This document shows, piece by piece, positions 45,487 to 55,484 of a DNA stretch of 64,000 nucleotides (position 1 is its first letter; every line of letters begins with the position of its first letter). Made by a program: the position numbers and the translations under genes. Under the pieces are notes generated by a model. The model saw only the letters and a program-made list of their open reading frames with translations, had not been told where the DNA came from and made no database searches. The stretch lies in sequence record NC_041878.1; one strand, 5' to 3'.

Positions 45487-45708
45487 GGAAAAAAACAGGG
45501 GAACTTTCATGTTCCCCCTAAATGCGACAAAGGCATATATCGGACTTTGTGCGAGCTTCGTTGATCGCATGAGTACTATATCACAACGGCCAGGCGAGTG
45601 CAACTATTTGATCTGTGATAAAAATATACTTTCAAACGTGAAAAGTACTTGCAAAGAATGATTAAAGGAGTATACTTAACTTATCGAAACGAACAAGAGG
45701 ATTTAAAA

Positions 45709-45981
45709 ATGGCTAGTTACAGTGCGTCAATGATTGTTAAGGATTTAGCAGGAAAGCCGTGTTTAGCTTGCGGTTCCTTTGGTAACATTGCGATAGATGG
45801 TAGATTATCTATTTCCAGGGCGATAGAGATAGCGGAGGAAAGTTTTAAGAAAGAATCCAAATTTCAAAACAGCGAATACTTGGGATTTGTAATTGAGAAA
45901 ACTTCTCGATTCGTTGAATATCGTAATCCGAGTATTATCGGTAATAAAGAAGTAAAAACTTTTAAAGAACTTGAACGATAA
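45709..45981 (+). CDS. early hypothetical protein
   Basis: GAGG RBS. Confidence 0.8.
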   Translation: MASYSASMIVKDLAGKPCLACGSFGNIAIDGRLSISRAIEIAEESFKKESKFQNSEYLGFVIEKTSRFVEYRNPSIIGNKEVKTFKELER

Positions 45982-46044
45982 TACTTGCAAAGTGGGTAAT
46001 GGTTTAGTACTATTACCCTATCGAAACGAACTGAGGATTTAAAG

Positions 46045-46491
46045 ATGGGAACTCCAGCATGTATCGCAGTAATGAACGACAATAAAGAAGTTACTTGGAC
46101 TTATGTTAACTATGACGGTTATTTAAACGGCGTAGGTAGAATGTTGATCGAGCATTACAACGATCTGTCAATAGCTAAAAAATTAATTTCAATGGGTGAT
46201 ATTTCAACATTGAAGCGAACGATGGATTGCCCCGTTGGTCACTCATTCGCTACACCTGCACCAAATTGCACAGTATTCTATGAGCGGGATCGTGGTGAAG
46301 ATAATGTAAAACCACGTCACGGCGATTATGCTATGTTCCTGCGTTGTAATAAAGGTACAATTAGTTATATCTACACGGATGGACAATGGCACATAGTACG
46401 GGAAACAAGTAAACGCGGTGCAATTTTAGACCGTCATAAATTGTTAGTACTTGGCGAAGTGTTATCCGGTTTATATGATTTTTCGCGTTAA
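46045..46491 (+). CDS. conserved phage hypothetical protein (YVNYDGY..GVG motif)
   Basis: GAGG RBS, own promoter. Confidence 0.85.
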   Translation: MGTPACIAVMNDNKEVTWTYVNYDGYLNGVGRMLIEHYNDLSIAKKLISMGDISTLKRTMDCPVGHSFATPAPNCTVFYERDRGEDNVKPRHGDYAMFLRCNKGTISYIYTDGQWHIVRETSKRGAILDRHKLLVLGEVLSGLYDFSR

Positions 46492-46567
46492 TTAAATTGT
46501 ATATAGTACTTGCAAAATTCTGCGAGTACTATATAATTACTTATATCTTAAACGGGAGAACAAAGAA

Positions 46568-47023
46568 ATGAAAGCTATCGAATTTGAACAGAAAGTAAGA
46601 GAATCCTTTTTGAAGTACTTCCCGAACGGGCATATTCGTTTATCTAAACTTGCTTTAGGTGGCGGCTTACATATTGCTTGCGGCCTGATTGCAAACGTTA
46701 AAGAGATCACCGCAACGATCAGACAAAACGACCCGTTAAACGTTTCTATCTTTATTCATGATAACTATGTATTCAATGATTCAGAAACGGATCTTGATAA
46801 TGTAGTACTTGAATTTGATAATTCTCATGTATCGGTTATTCCTGATAATCCGCACATGTACAGCCAATCGCACAAGATCGCAGCACGTAAAATTAACGCT
46901 GCACCAGAAAAAGCACTGGTAAACCTGGATAAGTATTTTAAACGTGTTAAAGATGTTGTCACAGAGCAAGCGGCATTAAACCGGATTATCAAACAAGATA
47001 CAATCGATCCTAAGTATCTGTAA
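46568..47023 (+). CDS. early hypothetical protein
   Basis: GGAG RBS, AGTACT-dyad promoter. Confidence 0.85.
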   Translation: MKAIEFEQKVRESFLKYFPNGHIRLSKLALGGGLHIACGLIANVKEITATIRQNDPLNVSIFIHDNYVFNDSETDLDNVVLEFDNSHVSVIPDNPHMYSQSHKIAARKINAAPEKALVNLDKYFKRVKDVVTEQAALNRIIKQDTIDPKYL

Positions 47024-47103
47024 AATTATTATCAAAAGTACTTGCAAAATGAATGCGAGTACTTTATAATAAAGTTACATTATTAATCAAGAGGAAGTAA
47101 CAA

Positions 47104-47229
47104 ATGGTCACTATCGAAAAAGTAAAAGAAATGCTGGAAGAACTCCGCGATCAGGGTTTTGTTGTTGCTGATACTGATGACGAATTAGAAGCAGCGGCAG
47201 AAATAGCATTGACCGTTTTAAATAGCTAA
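47104..47229 (+). CDS. small acidic protein (41 aa)
   Basis: GAGG RBS, own promoter; not in ORF track. Confidence 0.65.
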   Translation: MVTIEKVKEMLEELRDQGFVVADTDDELEAAAEIALTVLNS

Positions 47230-47301
47230 TTAAAAATAGTACTTGCATTAATTTGTGAGTACTATATAATTACTTATATCGAAACAGCGGAGTAACTTGC
47301 A

Positions 47302-47529
47302 ATGATTGAATTTCGCAGAACTATGGAAATGTCTATCACTATCACTGACCCACGTTATACTGAGAAAGAGATCGCGGAAGGGTTATCTGACGGCTCAATG
47401 AATATGGGCGAAGAAGATGGCGAAGATGCAGGAAAGATTTTTAATAGTGCATGGGATGAAATCGCTACTATTGATGATCTTCATGTATCGGATGTTATGA
47501 CGCCGGATGTTCAATTTTCAGTGATTTAA
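47302..47529 (+). CDS. small acidic protein
   Basis: GGAG RBS, own promoter. Confidence 0.75.
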   Translation: MIEFRRTMEMSITITDPRYTEKEIAEGLSDGSMNMGEEDGEDAGKIFNSAWDEIATIDDLHVSDVMTPDVQFSVI

Positions 47530-47602
47530 TTATCAAAAGTACTTTGACAATTTTGTTAGAGTACTTTATAATTAACTTACATTAAGCGAGAGGATTTTAA
47601 AA

Positions 47603-48025
47603 ATGTTACAAGTCAGAGGTTATGCGGAAGGTGGTTTCTGTTTCATGTTGGATGATAAAGCGGTATCAGTACATGAAGCATTATTAGCGAATGGGGGTAA
47701 GTTTCATAAGAGAACCATTAACGCTCTTAATCGTAATAACCTGGCGAACGAACAAGATCTGGCAGAGTTTGAAAAGCTGGTAAAGGTTTTACATACTGGC
47801 TTAGATGCCTTTAATGCTCGTAAAGTACTGCGTGATCATTTCAATATTGATGTATTGAAGATTGAGAACTATTATATTTTAACTAGTTCTGAAATTTATG
47901 ATCTCATGAAAGTATATGAGATCTGTAAGTACAAAGTAAGTGTAAAAAGTCCTGCACACTCAACGATGTACTATTTCTTTGAGTACTTAAACCGGAAAGA
48001 TGTTCGCCGCCTGGAAAGAACATAA
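47603..48025 (+). CDS. early hypothetical protein
   Basis: GAGG RBS, own promoter. Confidence 0.8.
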   Translation: MLQVRGYAEGGFCFMLDDKAVSVHEALLANGGKFHKRTINALNRNNLANEQDLAEFEKLVKVLHTGLDAFNARKVLRDHFNIDVLKIENYYILTSSEIYDLMKVYEICKYKVSVKSPAHSTMYYFFEYLNRKDVRRLERT

Positions 48026-48038
48026 TTCAAGAAAGGGG

Positions 48039-48118
48039 TTGACTTCGGTTAGCCCCTTCTGTATACTGTATTCATTGGCAGATAAAGCCGCAAGCCCATA
48101 GGGTGCGGAGGTATGTCT
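48039..48118 (+). ncRNA. promoter-hairpin-CCCATAGGGTGCGGAG element (single)
   Basis: TTGACT-N17-TATACT, GGC-AGATAAA-GCC hairpin, core 48094-48110. Confidence 0.7.
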
Positions 48119-48206
48119 GTAAGAATATAAATTTGAATAAAGTACTTGCAATCTATTTTAAAAGGCGTATACTTATCTATATCGAAACAACACAGAGGAA
48201 AACGAA

Positions 48207-48542
48207 ATGGAACAGACTACCCTGGTAAATGAAGATGCAATCATTGATTGTCTCCTGAATGTAATCCTTAACGCTGGCTATTGTGTAAGCGTGAATGATG
48301 GGGAATGTACTGTTATTAATCGCAGTACTGACAAAGAAGAGATTATGTCTGAGCTTCGCGGTACAGACAGCGATTGGATCAGAATTTATAAACCTGGTGA
48401 AGCCTACCATGTTGGATCTGTTGAACTGATTTACAACAATGGATCGGACGGATTAGATCTTATCAGTAATACAGCGGCAAGTGATTTAGAAGCCCTGGAT
48501 GAATTACTTATTCCAGTATATGAATTGATTGATACGCTGTAA
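48207..48542 (+). CDS. early acidic hypothetical protein
   Basis: GAGG RBS, own promoter. Confidence 0.85.
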   Translation: MEQTTLVNEDAIIDCLLNVILNAGYCVSVNDGECTVINRSTDKEEIMSELRGTDSDWIRIYKPGEAYHVGSVELIYNNGSDGLDLISNTAASDLEALDELLIPVYELIDTL

Positions 48543-48611
48543 ACATTATCAAAAGTACTTGCAATTAGAAAGCGAGTACTTTATAATGATTATATTAAAT
48601 CAGGAGGATAT

Positions 48612-48779
48612 ATGGACGAACTTTTAAAACTCTGGCAACAATTCAGTACTGTATCAGTTAACGATGATGATGAAATTGAAGAATCATTTTTGCACTTTGA
48701 AAAGGGAACAGACAGATTAGAAGTGTGGAAATGGTTTGAGAATCAGAATCCTGATTTTAAAGTATCTGATTTAGTTTAA
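48612..48779 (+). CDS. small protein (55 aa, FLHFEKGTDRLEVWKWFE)
   Basis: AGGAGG RBS; not in ORF track. Confidence 0.75.
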   Translation: MDELLKLWQQFSTVSVNDDDEIEESFLHFEKGTDRLEVWKWFENQNPDFKVSDLV

Positions 48780-48862
48780 TGTAAACATTATCAAAAGTAC
48801 TTTACTTATTTTGTAGAGTACTTTATAATGATTATAGTTAATTAAGAGAGAGGGTTTAAGAA

Positions 48863-49042
48863 ATGAAATTATATGCTTATGCGTCTAATAGTGGTGAAGC
48901 TATTGCAGTTGGTAGATCTGAGCGTGGTGCTAAATCTACTGCTACTAAAAACAAAAGTACTGAAATAGGTTATATCAGTACTATTAACAATATGTACATT
49001 CCTACTCATAAAAAAATTAATAATAAGTGGGTATCAATTTAA
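48863..49042 (+). CDS. small basic protein (59 aa)
   Basis: GAGGG RBS, own promoter; not in ORF track. Confidence 0.65.
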   Translation: MKLYAYASNSGEAIAVGRSERGAKSTATKNKSTEIGYISTINNMYIPTHKKINNKWVSI

Positions 49043-49114
49043 TGTATATAAGTACTTGCAAGTTATTTGTGAGTACTATATAATGATTGTACTTTAAGTG
49101 AGAGGAAAGAAAAC

Positions 49115-49486
49115 ATGAATCCAGTATATGAAATCCAGGCAGATATTTTCAACACGTTCTCTGAGATCGTTACACGTGGTCATGATGAGGAATCATACAA
49201 AAGAGAACAGGCCAGAATCCAGAATGATATTAACCGCCTTAAATTAGTGCGGGATCGTTATGCCTGTAATACTCTTATGACTAGCATGTTTTGCAATGTC
49301 ATGTTGCGTAAAATGTGCCTGGCTTATCGTTATGAGGGTATTCTTTATTGTACGGCTAATAATGTCCCTGGCCGTCCAAATACTGACTACTTACATACAT
49401 TAAACTTAACATCGGATCAATGGGATAGTTTAAAACAATTCCATGTATGGATCAGTACTGGCGATGTATACGCTCCAGTGCCTTAA
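49115..49486 (+). CDS. early hypothetical protein
   Basis: GAGG RBS. Confidence 0.8.
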   Translation: MNPVYEIQADIFNTFSEIVTRGHDEESYKREQARIQNDINRLKLVRDRYACNTLMTSMFCNVMLRKMCLAYRYEGILYCTANNVPGRPNTDYLHTLNLTSDQWDSLKQFHVWISTGDVYAPVP

Positions 49487-49532
49487 TTAACTATAGGGGA
49501 ACATTGTTCCCCTTTTTAAGTGAGATCCGCCT

Positions 49533-49787
49533 ATGAATATTTTTTATCAAACTAACAGGTTATGCGTTGCATTTGATTGTGATTCTGATAAAATACAATG
49601 CGTAATCTACCGGAAAGGAACGGCGGTATATGATAACTGGAAAGTACTACAATCATATACAATGCGGCGTAAAGGTTTTAAACGCCTGGATAATCGAACA
49701 CAGAAAGCGGCCTTGCGACAAATGATCAAAGCAATGCGGAACCGTCAAACAATGGCTTTAAACATTGCACTTAACAGTAAGGAATGA
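49533..49787 (+). CDS. early basic hypothetical protein
   Basis: TTAAGTGAGA leader. Confidence 0.7.
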   Translation: MNIFYQTNRLCVAFDCDSDKIQCVIYRKGTAVYDNWKVLQSYTMRRKGFKRLDNRTQKAALRQMIKAMRNRQTMALNIALNSKE

Positions 49788-49791
49788 TACA

Positions 49792-49950
49792 ATGATTCAT
49801 GATGTGGTTATTACTCTGACAGTACAATCTGATAATGAAGTACTGACTAACGACGAAATTATAAAGGCGATGGAAGAAAAACTATCCCTGATGAAAGCCG
49901 AACCGCAAATGGTTAAAGAGCTTGCGGAATCCGCAGAAGTGTTTGATTAA
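49792..49950 (+). CDS. small acidic protein
   Basis: AAGGA RBS. Confidence 0.65.
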   Translation: MIHDVVITLTVQSDNEVLTNDEIIKAMEEKLSLMKAEPQMVKELAESAEVFD

Positions 49951-49962
49951 TTAAAAAAGGGG

Positions 49963-50036
49963 TTGACATATGTTAGCCCCTTCTGTATACTGTATTCATT
50001 GAAATAAATTAGCCCACAGGGTGCGGAGATGTATCT
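49963..50036 (+). ncRNA. promoter-CCCACAGGGTGCGGAG element (5' hairpin degenerate)
   Basis: TTGACA-N17-TATACT; core 50012-50028. Confidence 0.65.
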
Positions 50037-50239
50037 ATTAAAAAAGTACTGTATACTTAACCAGTACCTATCAAATATAAATTCAAACGAAAAAAGTACT
50101 TGCAATGGATGATAAAAGGAGTATAATTGTTTACATGGAAGGGCAAGAGGTGAAAGGTAATGAGTCGCAGTACTGAAATAGTTCTGTTTATCTTTGTACT
50201 AGTAGCACTATCTATTAATTTTAATTGAGAGGATTCAAA

Positions 50240-50473
50240 ATGTCTTTATATGATGTAACTGTAAACAGTACTGGTATTGGTCGTTCTGGTACTACTAAGA
50301 TGCTGGCTGTTGCTTTCTTTCCTCATATGAATGAAGCAAGACAAGGTATCAATGAGTGGGTATCAGAGAACTTTGTTGCTCCGGTAACTGTGAGTGTTGA
50401 ATTAAAATCTCACTCAAATATTATCTATCCATCAGAAGTCCAGGGATATGAGCGTATTGTAATTATTGAATAA
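50240..50473 (+). CDS. early hypothetical protein
   Basis: GAGG RBS. Confidence 0.7.
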   Translation: MSLYDVTVNSTGIGRSGTTKMLAVAFFPHMNEARQGINEWVSENFVAPVTVSVELKSHSNIIYPSEVQGYERIVIIE

Positions 50474-50666
50474 TTCATTAAAAGTACTTTGACAAAATGG
50501 TTAGAGTACTTTATAATGTAGTTATTGAGTGGGGAGGAAACAAAATGCAATTTGTTTTCGGTGCAATTAGTGGTGTACTGATTTATCTGAATTGGGATGT
50601 TATCAGTCCCTGGATTGAATCAGTACTGAAATTTACATTAACCTTTTTTAATTGAGAGAAACAAAA

Positions 50667-50870
50667 ATGGCACAGAAAGATCGTCGTTATGCTATCGCTG
50701 CTGAGTTCACTGGTCACGCTTCTGGTAAGAAACGTTTTGTACTGCGTTTTGAAGGTACTCGCGTATCCGATCATGGTTCCCGTTATGAAGCGGAACAGGA
50801 GATCGCGAAGTACAAGAAAGCGGGTACTATCCCTAACGTGAATGGTTCACGTTTGCTGGTGGAGGCGTAA
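50667..50870 (+). CDS. early hypothetical protein (EFTGHASGK motif)
   Basis: GAGAG RBS. Confidence 0.75.
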   Translation: MAQKDRRYAIAAEFTGHASGKKRFVLRFEGTRVSDHGSRYEAEQEIAKYKKAGTIPNVNGSRLLVEA

Positions 50871-51046
50871 TGCGGGAGTTTGCATTGTATGACAAGGTAC
50901 ACATGGAAAGGGAATATCCGTTAAGTACTAAGAAAGTACTTGATACTGTACCCGATATTTCTGATCATGAAGTTGAACGTATTATCAACATGAATGTATC
51001 AGAAAGTATTGAGATTGATAATACTATTATCATTCGTACACTGTAA
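50870..51046 (+). CDS. small protein (58 aa)
   Basis: GGAGG RBS, TAATG coupling; not in ORF track. Confidence 0.7.
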   Translation: MREFALYDKVHMEREYPLSTKKVLDTVPDISDHEVERIINMNVSESIEIDNTIIIRTL

Positions 51047-51124
51047 AAAAACATTATCAAAAGTACTTGCTAATAGAATGCGAGTACTTTATAATGTACT
51101 TATATTAAGCGAGAGAATAAAGAA

Positions 51125-51328
51125 ATGAAAAGACTTCAAATTGACGTATCGGAACAAGCATTCAATCAATTGAAAGAATTGAAGGGTAAATGTGAAAGTG
51201 CTAGTTACGCAGATGTTACCCAAAAAGCATATAAAGTACTCGACTTCTTTATGAATGCAAAAGCTGATGGCAAATCTATAATTGTCGTAGATAAAGATGG
51301 TAAAGAAACGATAGTAGAAATGCTTTAA
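51125..51328 (+). CDS. ribbon-helix-helix (CopG-like) DNA-binding protein
   Basis: MKRLQIDVSEQAFNQLKELK..SYADVTQKA: alternating beta-strand then two helices. Confidence 0.6.
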   Translation: MKRLQIDVSEQAFNQLKELKGKCESASYADVTQKAYKVLDFFMNAKADGKSIIVVDKDGKETIVEML

Positions 51329-51405
51329 CTATATTATCAAAAGTACTTGCTAATAGAATGCGAGTACTTTATAATGTAGTTATTGAATCAAACAGAGATA
51401 AAGAA

Positions 51406-51708
51406 ATGAAAACTCCACATCATAAAGCGTATGAATATCATTATTACTTTGTTGGTAAAGATGGTATTCCTTATGTAGCAAAAAACTATCTCGCTGTAGT
51501 TCCTGGCGTTAATGTTGAAATGCTGATTAAACGCTGGAACCTTGCTGCTGGTCATGGTCGGAAGTATGTTCTTAAAGGTGAGGTGGATCTTAAAACAGCT
51601 TTATATACTCGCGGCAGTACTGGAACTATGATTGCGAATGATTGGAAGTTACTCGATCATATGCAATTCCACGGTATTGAATTTGAAGTAAAACAAATCG
51701 CAGCATAA
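51406..51708 (+). CDS. early hypothetical protein
   Basis: Own promoter; ATG 51406. Confidence 0.75.
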   Translation: MKTPHHKAYEYHYYFVGKDGIPYVAKNYLAVVPGVNVEMLIKRWNLAAGHGRKYVLKGEVDLKTALYTRGSTGTMIANDWKLLDHMQFHGIEFEVKQIAA

Positions 51709-51764
51709 TTACAAAGTACTGGTGAAATATCCAGTACTGTTTTTATGTACAGTACTATATCCAT

Positions 51765-51845
51765 TGAATACATCTCCGCACCCTGTGGGCTGTAGCATTG
51801 TTCTTGCTATGTGATAATAATATACTAGTACTTATATAATGTCAA
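51765..51845 (-). ncRNA. promoter-hairpin-CCCACAGGGTGCGGAG element (single, minus strand)
   Basis: TTGACA-N17-TATTAT on minus strand, AGCA-AGAACAA-TGCT hairpin, core 51774-51790. Confidence 0.7.
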
Positions 51846-51934
51846 GGAAATAATTATACTTTCAAACGTGAATTTGTCCTTGCATTTATTAATTAGTACT
51901 GTATAATACTTGTATTGAATCGGGAGAACGAACA

Positions 51935-52186
51935 ATGAACAAAGATTTAGTACTGTATTCGATTGCAATGATACTGTCAAGCATAGTAGTATACGTTGGT
52001 ATCGATGAAGCAAGATCCGGTATCTTCTGGCAAGCTACGGTCATTGCAGAAAACATCAACGATACATGGTTTAACTTTATAACTCATGGTATCAATTCGT
52101 TGTTCTTTATGGTGGTATGGATCGGCGTTGGTTCAATGATTGCATTTGTTTTTCATTTAGTGTTTGACAACGAGCAAGAGTCCTGA
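51935..52186 (+). CDS. 2-TM membrane protein
   Basis: GGGAG RBS; hydrophobic. Confidence 0.75.
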   Translation: MNKDLVLYSIAMILSSIVVYVGIDEARSGIFWQATVIAENINDTWFNFITHGINSLFFMVVWIGVGSMIAFVFHLVFDNEQES

Positions 52187-52217
52187 TATAGTACACGAAT
52201 TGAAACGGAGAGATACT

Positions 52218-52376
52218 ATGAGAGTTCAACCGATTGCACCAATTTTTAAGTTAGCCAGCAGTACTGTTAAAGATGAATATCCGAAACATATTGTTGACAA
52301 TCCTTGTAGTACTGTAGTATCTTTGGGTCAGAAAACTTTTGCACAGTTATATGACAAACAATGTAAAATCAAATGA
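52218..52376 (+). CDS. small hypothetical protein
   Basis: GGAG RBS. Confidence 0.55.
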   Translation: MRVQPIAPIFKLASSTVKDEYPKHIVDNPCSTVVSLGQKTFAQLYDKQCKIK

Positions 52377-52384
52377 GGTTTTAA

Positions 52385-53260
52385 ATGGGTAAGTATATTT
52401 CGTGGGGTATCTTTGGGGTTATCGCCCTTGCAGTAATGGCAGCGGTATTTGGTGCATCATTCACAGTAAAAGAAACTGAGCGTACTGTACTGTTGCGTAA
52501 TGGTAAGTTCGTGGAAGTAGCACAGCCGGGTTTTCACCTTAAAATGCCTTTCATTACTGACACAAAAGCAATTCAGGTAACAGGCGAATCCCGCCGTTGG
52601 GAAAAGCTACAAGCATATTCACGCGATCAACAACCTGCGGATATGGCTGTATCTGTATCTTTCAACGTACAGCCTGGACAAGTCGAACAGTTATATAAAA
52701 AGTATAACAGCATTGACGCGATGATTTCACGTGTAATTGATCGCCAGGTGCCGCAAGCACTGGAAAACGTTTTCGGCAAGTACACAGCAATTTCAGCAGT
52801 ACAAGATCGTACTAAGCTGGTGGCTGATGTTAATAAAGCCGTTAAAGAAGCAATGGCTGATGAACCGGTAACAGTATCGAGCGTACAGATCGAAGGTCTA
52901 TCCTTCTCTGATGCATACGATAAAGCAGTTGAAGATCGTATGACTGCACAGGTTGCGGTTGAACAATCCCAGCAAGATCTGGAAAAAGCTAAGATCACTT
53001 CACAGATTGCACTGACTAACGCTAAAGCCGAAGCTGATGCAAACTTTGCGAAGTTAGACGCCGAAGCGAAAGGTATCAAAGCAAAAGGTGACGCCGAAGC
53101 ATCTGCGATTAAAGCGAAAGGTGAAGCCCTTAAACAAGCTGGTGATACTTTAGTAGCATATATTTACGCTACTACGTGGAAAGGTAATTCACCTACTACC
53201 GTAGTGCCTAATACCTCCATCACTGGCTTGAGTCTGCCAGGGCAGCAAAAGCCGCAATAA
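52385..53260 (+). CDS. SPFH / band 7 / prohibitin-like membrane protein
   Basis: N-terminal TM, G(F)HLKMPFI, SRDQQ, FSDAYDKAVEDRMTAQ, AKAEA coiled coil. Confidence 0.92.
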   Translation: MGKYISWGIFGVIALAVMAAVFGASFTVKETERTVLLRNGKFVEVAQPGFHLKMPFITDTKAIQVTGESRRWEKLQAYSRDQQPADMAVSVSFNVQPGQVEQLYKKYNSIDAMISRVIDRQVPQALENVFGKYTAISAVQDRTKLVADVNKAVKEAMADEPVTVSSVQIEGLSFSDAYDKAVEDRMTAQVAVEQSQQDLEKAKITSQIALTNAKAEADANFAKLDAEAKGIKAKGDAEASAIKAKGEALKQAGDTLVAYIYATTWKGNSPTTVVPNTSITGLSLPGQQKPQ

Positions 53261-53399
53261 GTACTGAATACTACAAAAGCCTAGCAATGTCTAGGCTTTT
53301 TTATATTTCGAAAAATATACTTTCAAACGTGAAAAGTACTTGCACAAAATGATCTGATGTAGTATTATCTTTATATCGACAACGAACAAGGAGAAACAA

Positions 53400-53597
53400 A
53401 TGGAACAACATTATGTACATATCCCTAGCCCTCTGTTGTTTTCGAGAGAAGCTAGATTGTCTCGCATTAAGTACTTGAGCAAGGCAAAGGCAAGTACTGA
53501 GAAAGAAGATCGTGAATGGAACTTGATTATGGCGAAGATGATGAAGCGTCATGAAAAGCAATGGATGGAAGTTTACAAAGAAGACTTTCTGAAGTAA
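53400..53597 (+). CDS. small basic protein
   Basis: AAGGAG RBS. Confidence 0.7.
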   Translation: MEQHYVHIPSPLLFSREARLSRIKYLSKAKASTEKEDREWNLIMAKMMKRHEKQWMEVYKEDFLK

Positions 53598-53675
53598 ACA
53601 TTATCAAAAGTACTTTGACAAAATGGTTAGAGTACTTTATAATGATTACATCAACCACTAAGAAGGAATGTACAA

Positions 53676-53870
53676 ATGACTACTGAAGAATGGCGTAAAC
53701 TTTCTCTGCAAACATCAATAACTGAGAAAGAAAAACAGCAGAAGACTATGTTTAATAGACGTTTGAAGTATCCCCCAAGAAGTGAATTACGTCGCTTGTG
53801 CGTTCAATATTCATGGTGGTTTCGTCACGAATTAAATGATTTTCGTGTACGTTTGGCAAAAATTCAGTAA
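53676..53870 (+). CDS. small basic protein
   Basis: AAGGA RBS, own promoter. Confidence 0.7.
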   Translation: MTTEEWRKLSLQTSITEKEKQQKTMFNRRLKYPPRSELRRLCVQYSWWFRHELNDFRVRLAKIQ

Positions 53871-53943
53871 ACATTATCAAAAGTACTTTACTTAATTGAT
53901 AGAGTACTTTATAATGATTACATCAAATAATGAGGAAATTGAA

Positions 53944-54267
53944 ATGAGAAATTTATTATTAGTACTGGCGGCATTTGGTACAGGTTTAATGTGTGGGAAG
54001 TTTATCTACAAAGAGAATATCTCGTTTGACTTGTTTAGTGAAACAAAGTATACTTGTTCATACAAAGCTTACAGTGAAGAATTACTTCCAATATCAGACA
54101 GTAATACTTATACTGAAAAAGAGTTGAAGAAGTATCAAGAAGGTGATAGTATTATGGGAATGAAGATTGTTAGATTGTTTCCATTCCCTGATGCGTACAG
54201 TATGTTTGTACAATCAAATACGAATCCTGAACACAGTATTTTAATTAAGTGCGAGAAGAAAAAATGA
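53944..54267 (+). CDS. putative exported/membrane-anchored protein
   Basis: GAGG RBS; hydrophobic N-terminus. Confidence 0.75.
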   Translation: MRNLLLVLAAFGTGLMCGKFIYKENISFDLFSETKYTCSYKAYSEELLPISDSNTYTEKELKKYQEGDSIMGMKIVRLFPFPDAYSMFVQSNTNPEHSILIKCEKKK

Positions 54268-54653
54268 AAACTTACGAACAACTGAAAGGTGTAGCTGGTA
54301 AGATTGTTGACAACATTCAAAAGAACAGAATCAATGAAGCAGTATTCACTACTGTAACAGGCCGCAAAACTAAAGCTATAGAGTTGGGTACTTTGGTCGG
54401 TATGGTATCTGCGGCATGTTGTGAACGCAAGATTGATACTGCGATCTTGGAATTGTACTTGCGTAATGTTCATGGGTTTGAATATCGCGGTGTCCGTAAC
54501 ATGAGCAATGCAATGTTGGACGCATACGCAATTAAAGTACTTTCACATTGTGGTGATAAAGTTTTACGGTCTGGACACTTCAAAAAGATTGAAGAACTCG
54601 CCGCACAAAATACACCAGTAGATGAAGCAGCAAAAATCATCTTAGCAATGTAA
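54264..54653 (+). CDS. early hypothetical protein
   Basis: ATGA-type overlap. Confidence 0.75.
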   Translation: MKTYEQLKGVAGKIVDNIQKNRINEAVFTTVTGRKTKAIELGTLVGMVSAACCERKIDTAILELYLRNVHGFEYRGVRNMSNAMLDAYAIKVLSHCGDKVLRSGHFKKIEELAAQNTPVDEAAKIILAM

Positions 54654-54724
54654 TTATTATCAAAAGTACTTTGACAAATAAGTTAGAGTACTTTATAATG
54701 ATTATATTCAACGAGGGGAATATA

Positions 54725-54916
54725 ATGAGCAAACAATTTACTCATGCACCAAAAGCTGGTGGTGGTTATGAAATCATGTTCGGTAATAATGTGATCGATA
54801 GTGCTGATACTTTAAAAGAAGCACGTAATAAAATTGCAAAGTTCAAACGTGAAATGAAATTTTCTAATCTGGTGAATAAGTACTTTAATTATTCAGACAA
54901 CTTAAAGAAAAAATAG
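54725..54916 (+). CDS. small basic protein
   Basis: GAGGGG RBS. Confidence 0.7.
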   Translation: MSKQFTHAPKAGGGYEIMFGNNVIDSADTLKEARNKIAKFKREMKFSNLVNKYFNYSDNLKKK

Positions 54917-54978
54917 CTTGCATCACTCGTAATTATGAAGTATAATCTTTACATCAACCACTAAGAAGGAACAACAAA

Positions 54979-55365
54979 ATGTTTACTACTCATTACTTTG
55001 AAACAAGAACCCTGGCTCGTAACAACGTTGCTGTACTGAACGGTAAATTCAAAGACTTCGGTACTGATGCACCGAAAGGCCAGCGTTGGGCTGTATTGGT
55101 TGAAGCACAAGAAGCACAACCAGTGCCGGAAGTCAAAGAAGAAATTAAAATCGAACAAGCAACAACTGATAATTCTTCTGTCAGTACTTCCATCAAAGAT
55201 CTGCATGTTGCCGCCATTGCAAATGCTATGCCAAACGTATCCTTTACGCCAGGTATGAAACGCCGCGACGATCTGAAAACGCCTAATGGTAAGCCTGTAC
55301 GCCTCATGGTACGTCGTTCGATGGTGGCTGTACGGTTGGCTCAACATATGGCTAACTACGCTTAA
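54979..55365 (+). CDS. early hypothetical protein
   Basis: AAGGA RBS; followed by hairpin terminator. Confidence 0.8.
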   Translation: MFTTHYFETRTLARNNVAVLNGKFKDFGTDAPKGQRWAVLVEAQEAQPVPEVKEEIKIEQATTDNSSVSTSIKDLHVAAIANAMPNVSFTPGMKRRDDLKTPNGKPVRLMVRRSMVAVRLAQHMANYA

Positions 55366-55484
55366 AATTCGATTGGGGGCTTATATGCCCCCATAATTAA
55401 GTAAGGATAATACCATATGCCAATTACTCCAGTTGTTTTGTTAATTGTGGTGTGTATAATAATTTTTATATTGTTGAGGCCGCG

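Noticed and set aside
45398-45661. ORFs 45398..45661 and 45337..45603
   Set aside because: They run through the convergent repeat pair and its promoters; no RBS.
52627-53079. Antisense ORF in the SPFH gene
   Set aside because: Shadow of Ala-rich coiled-coil codons.
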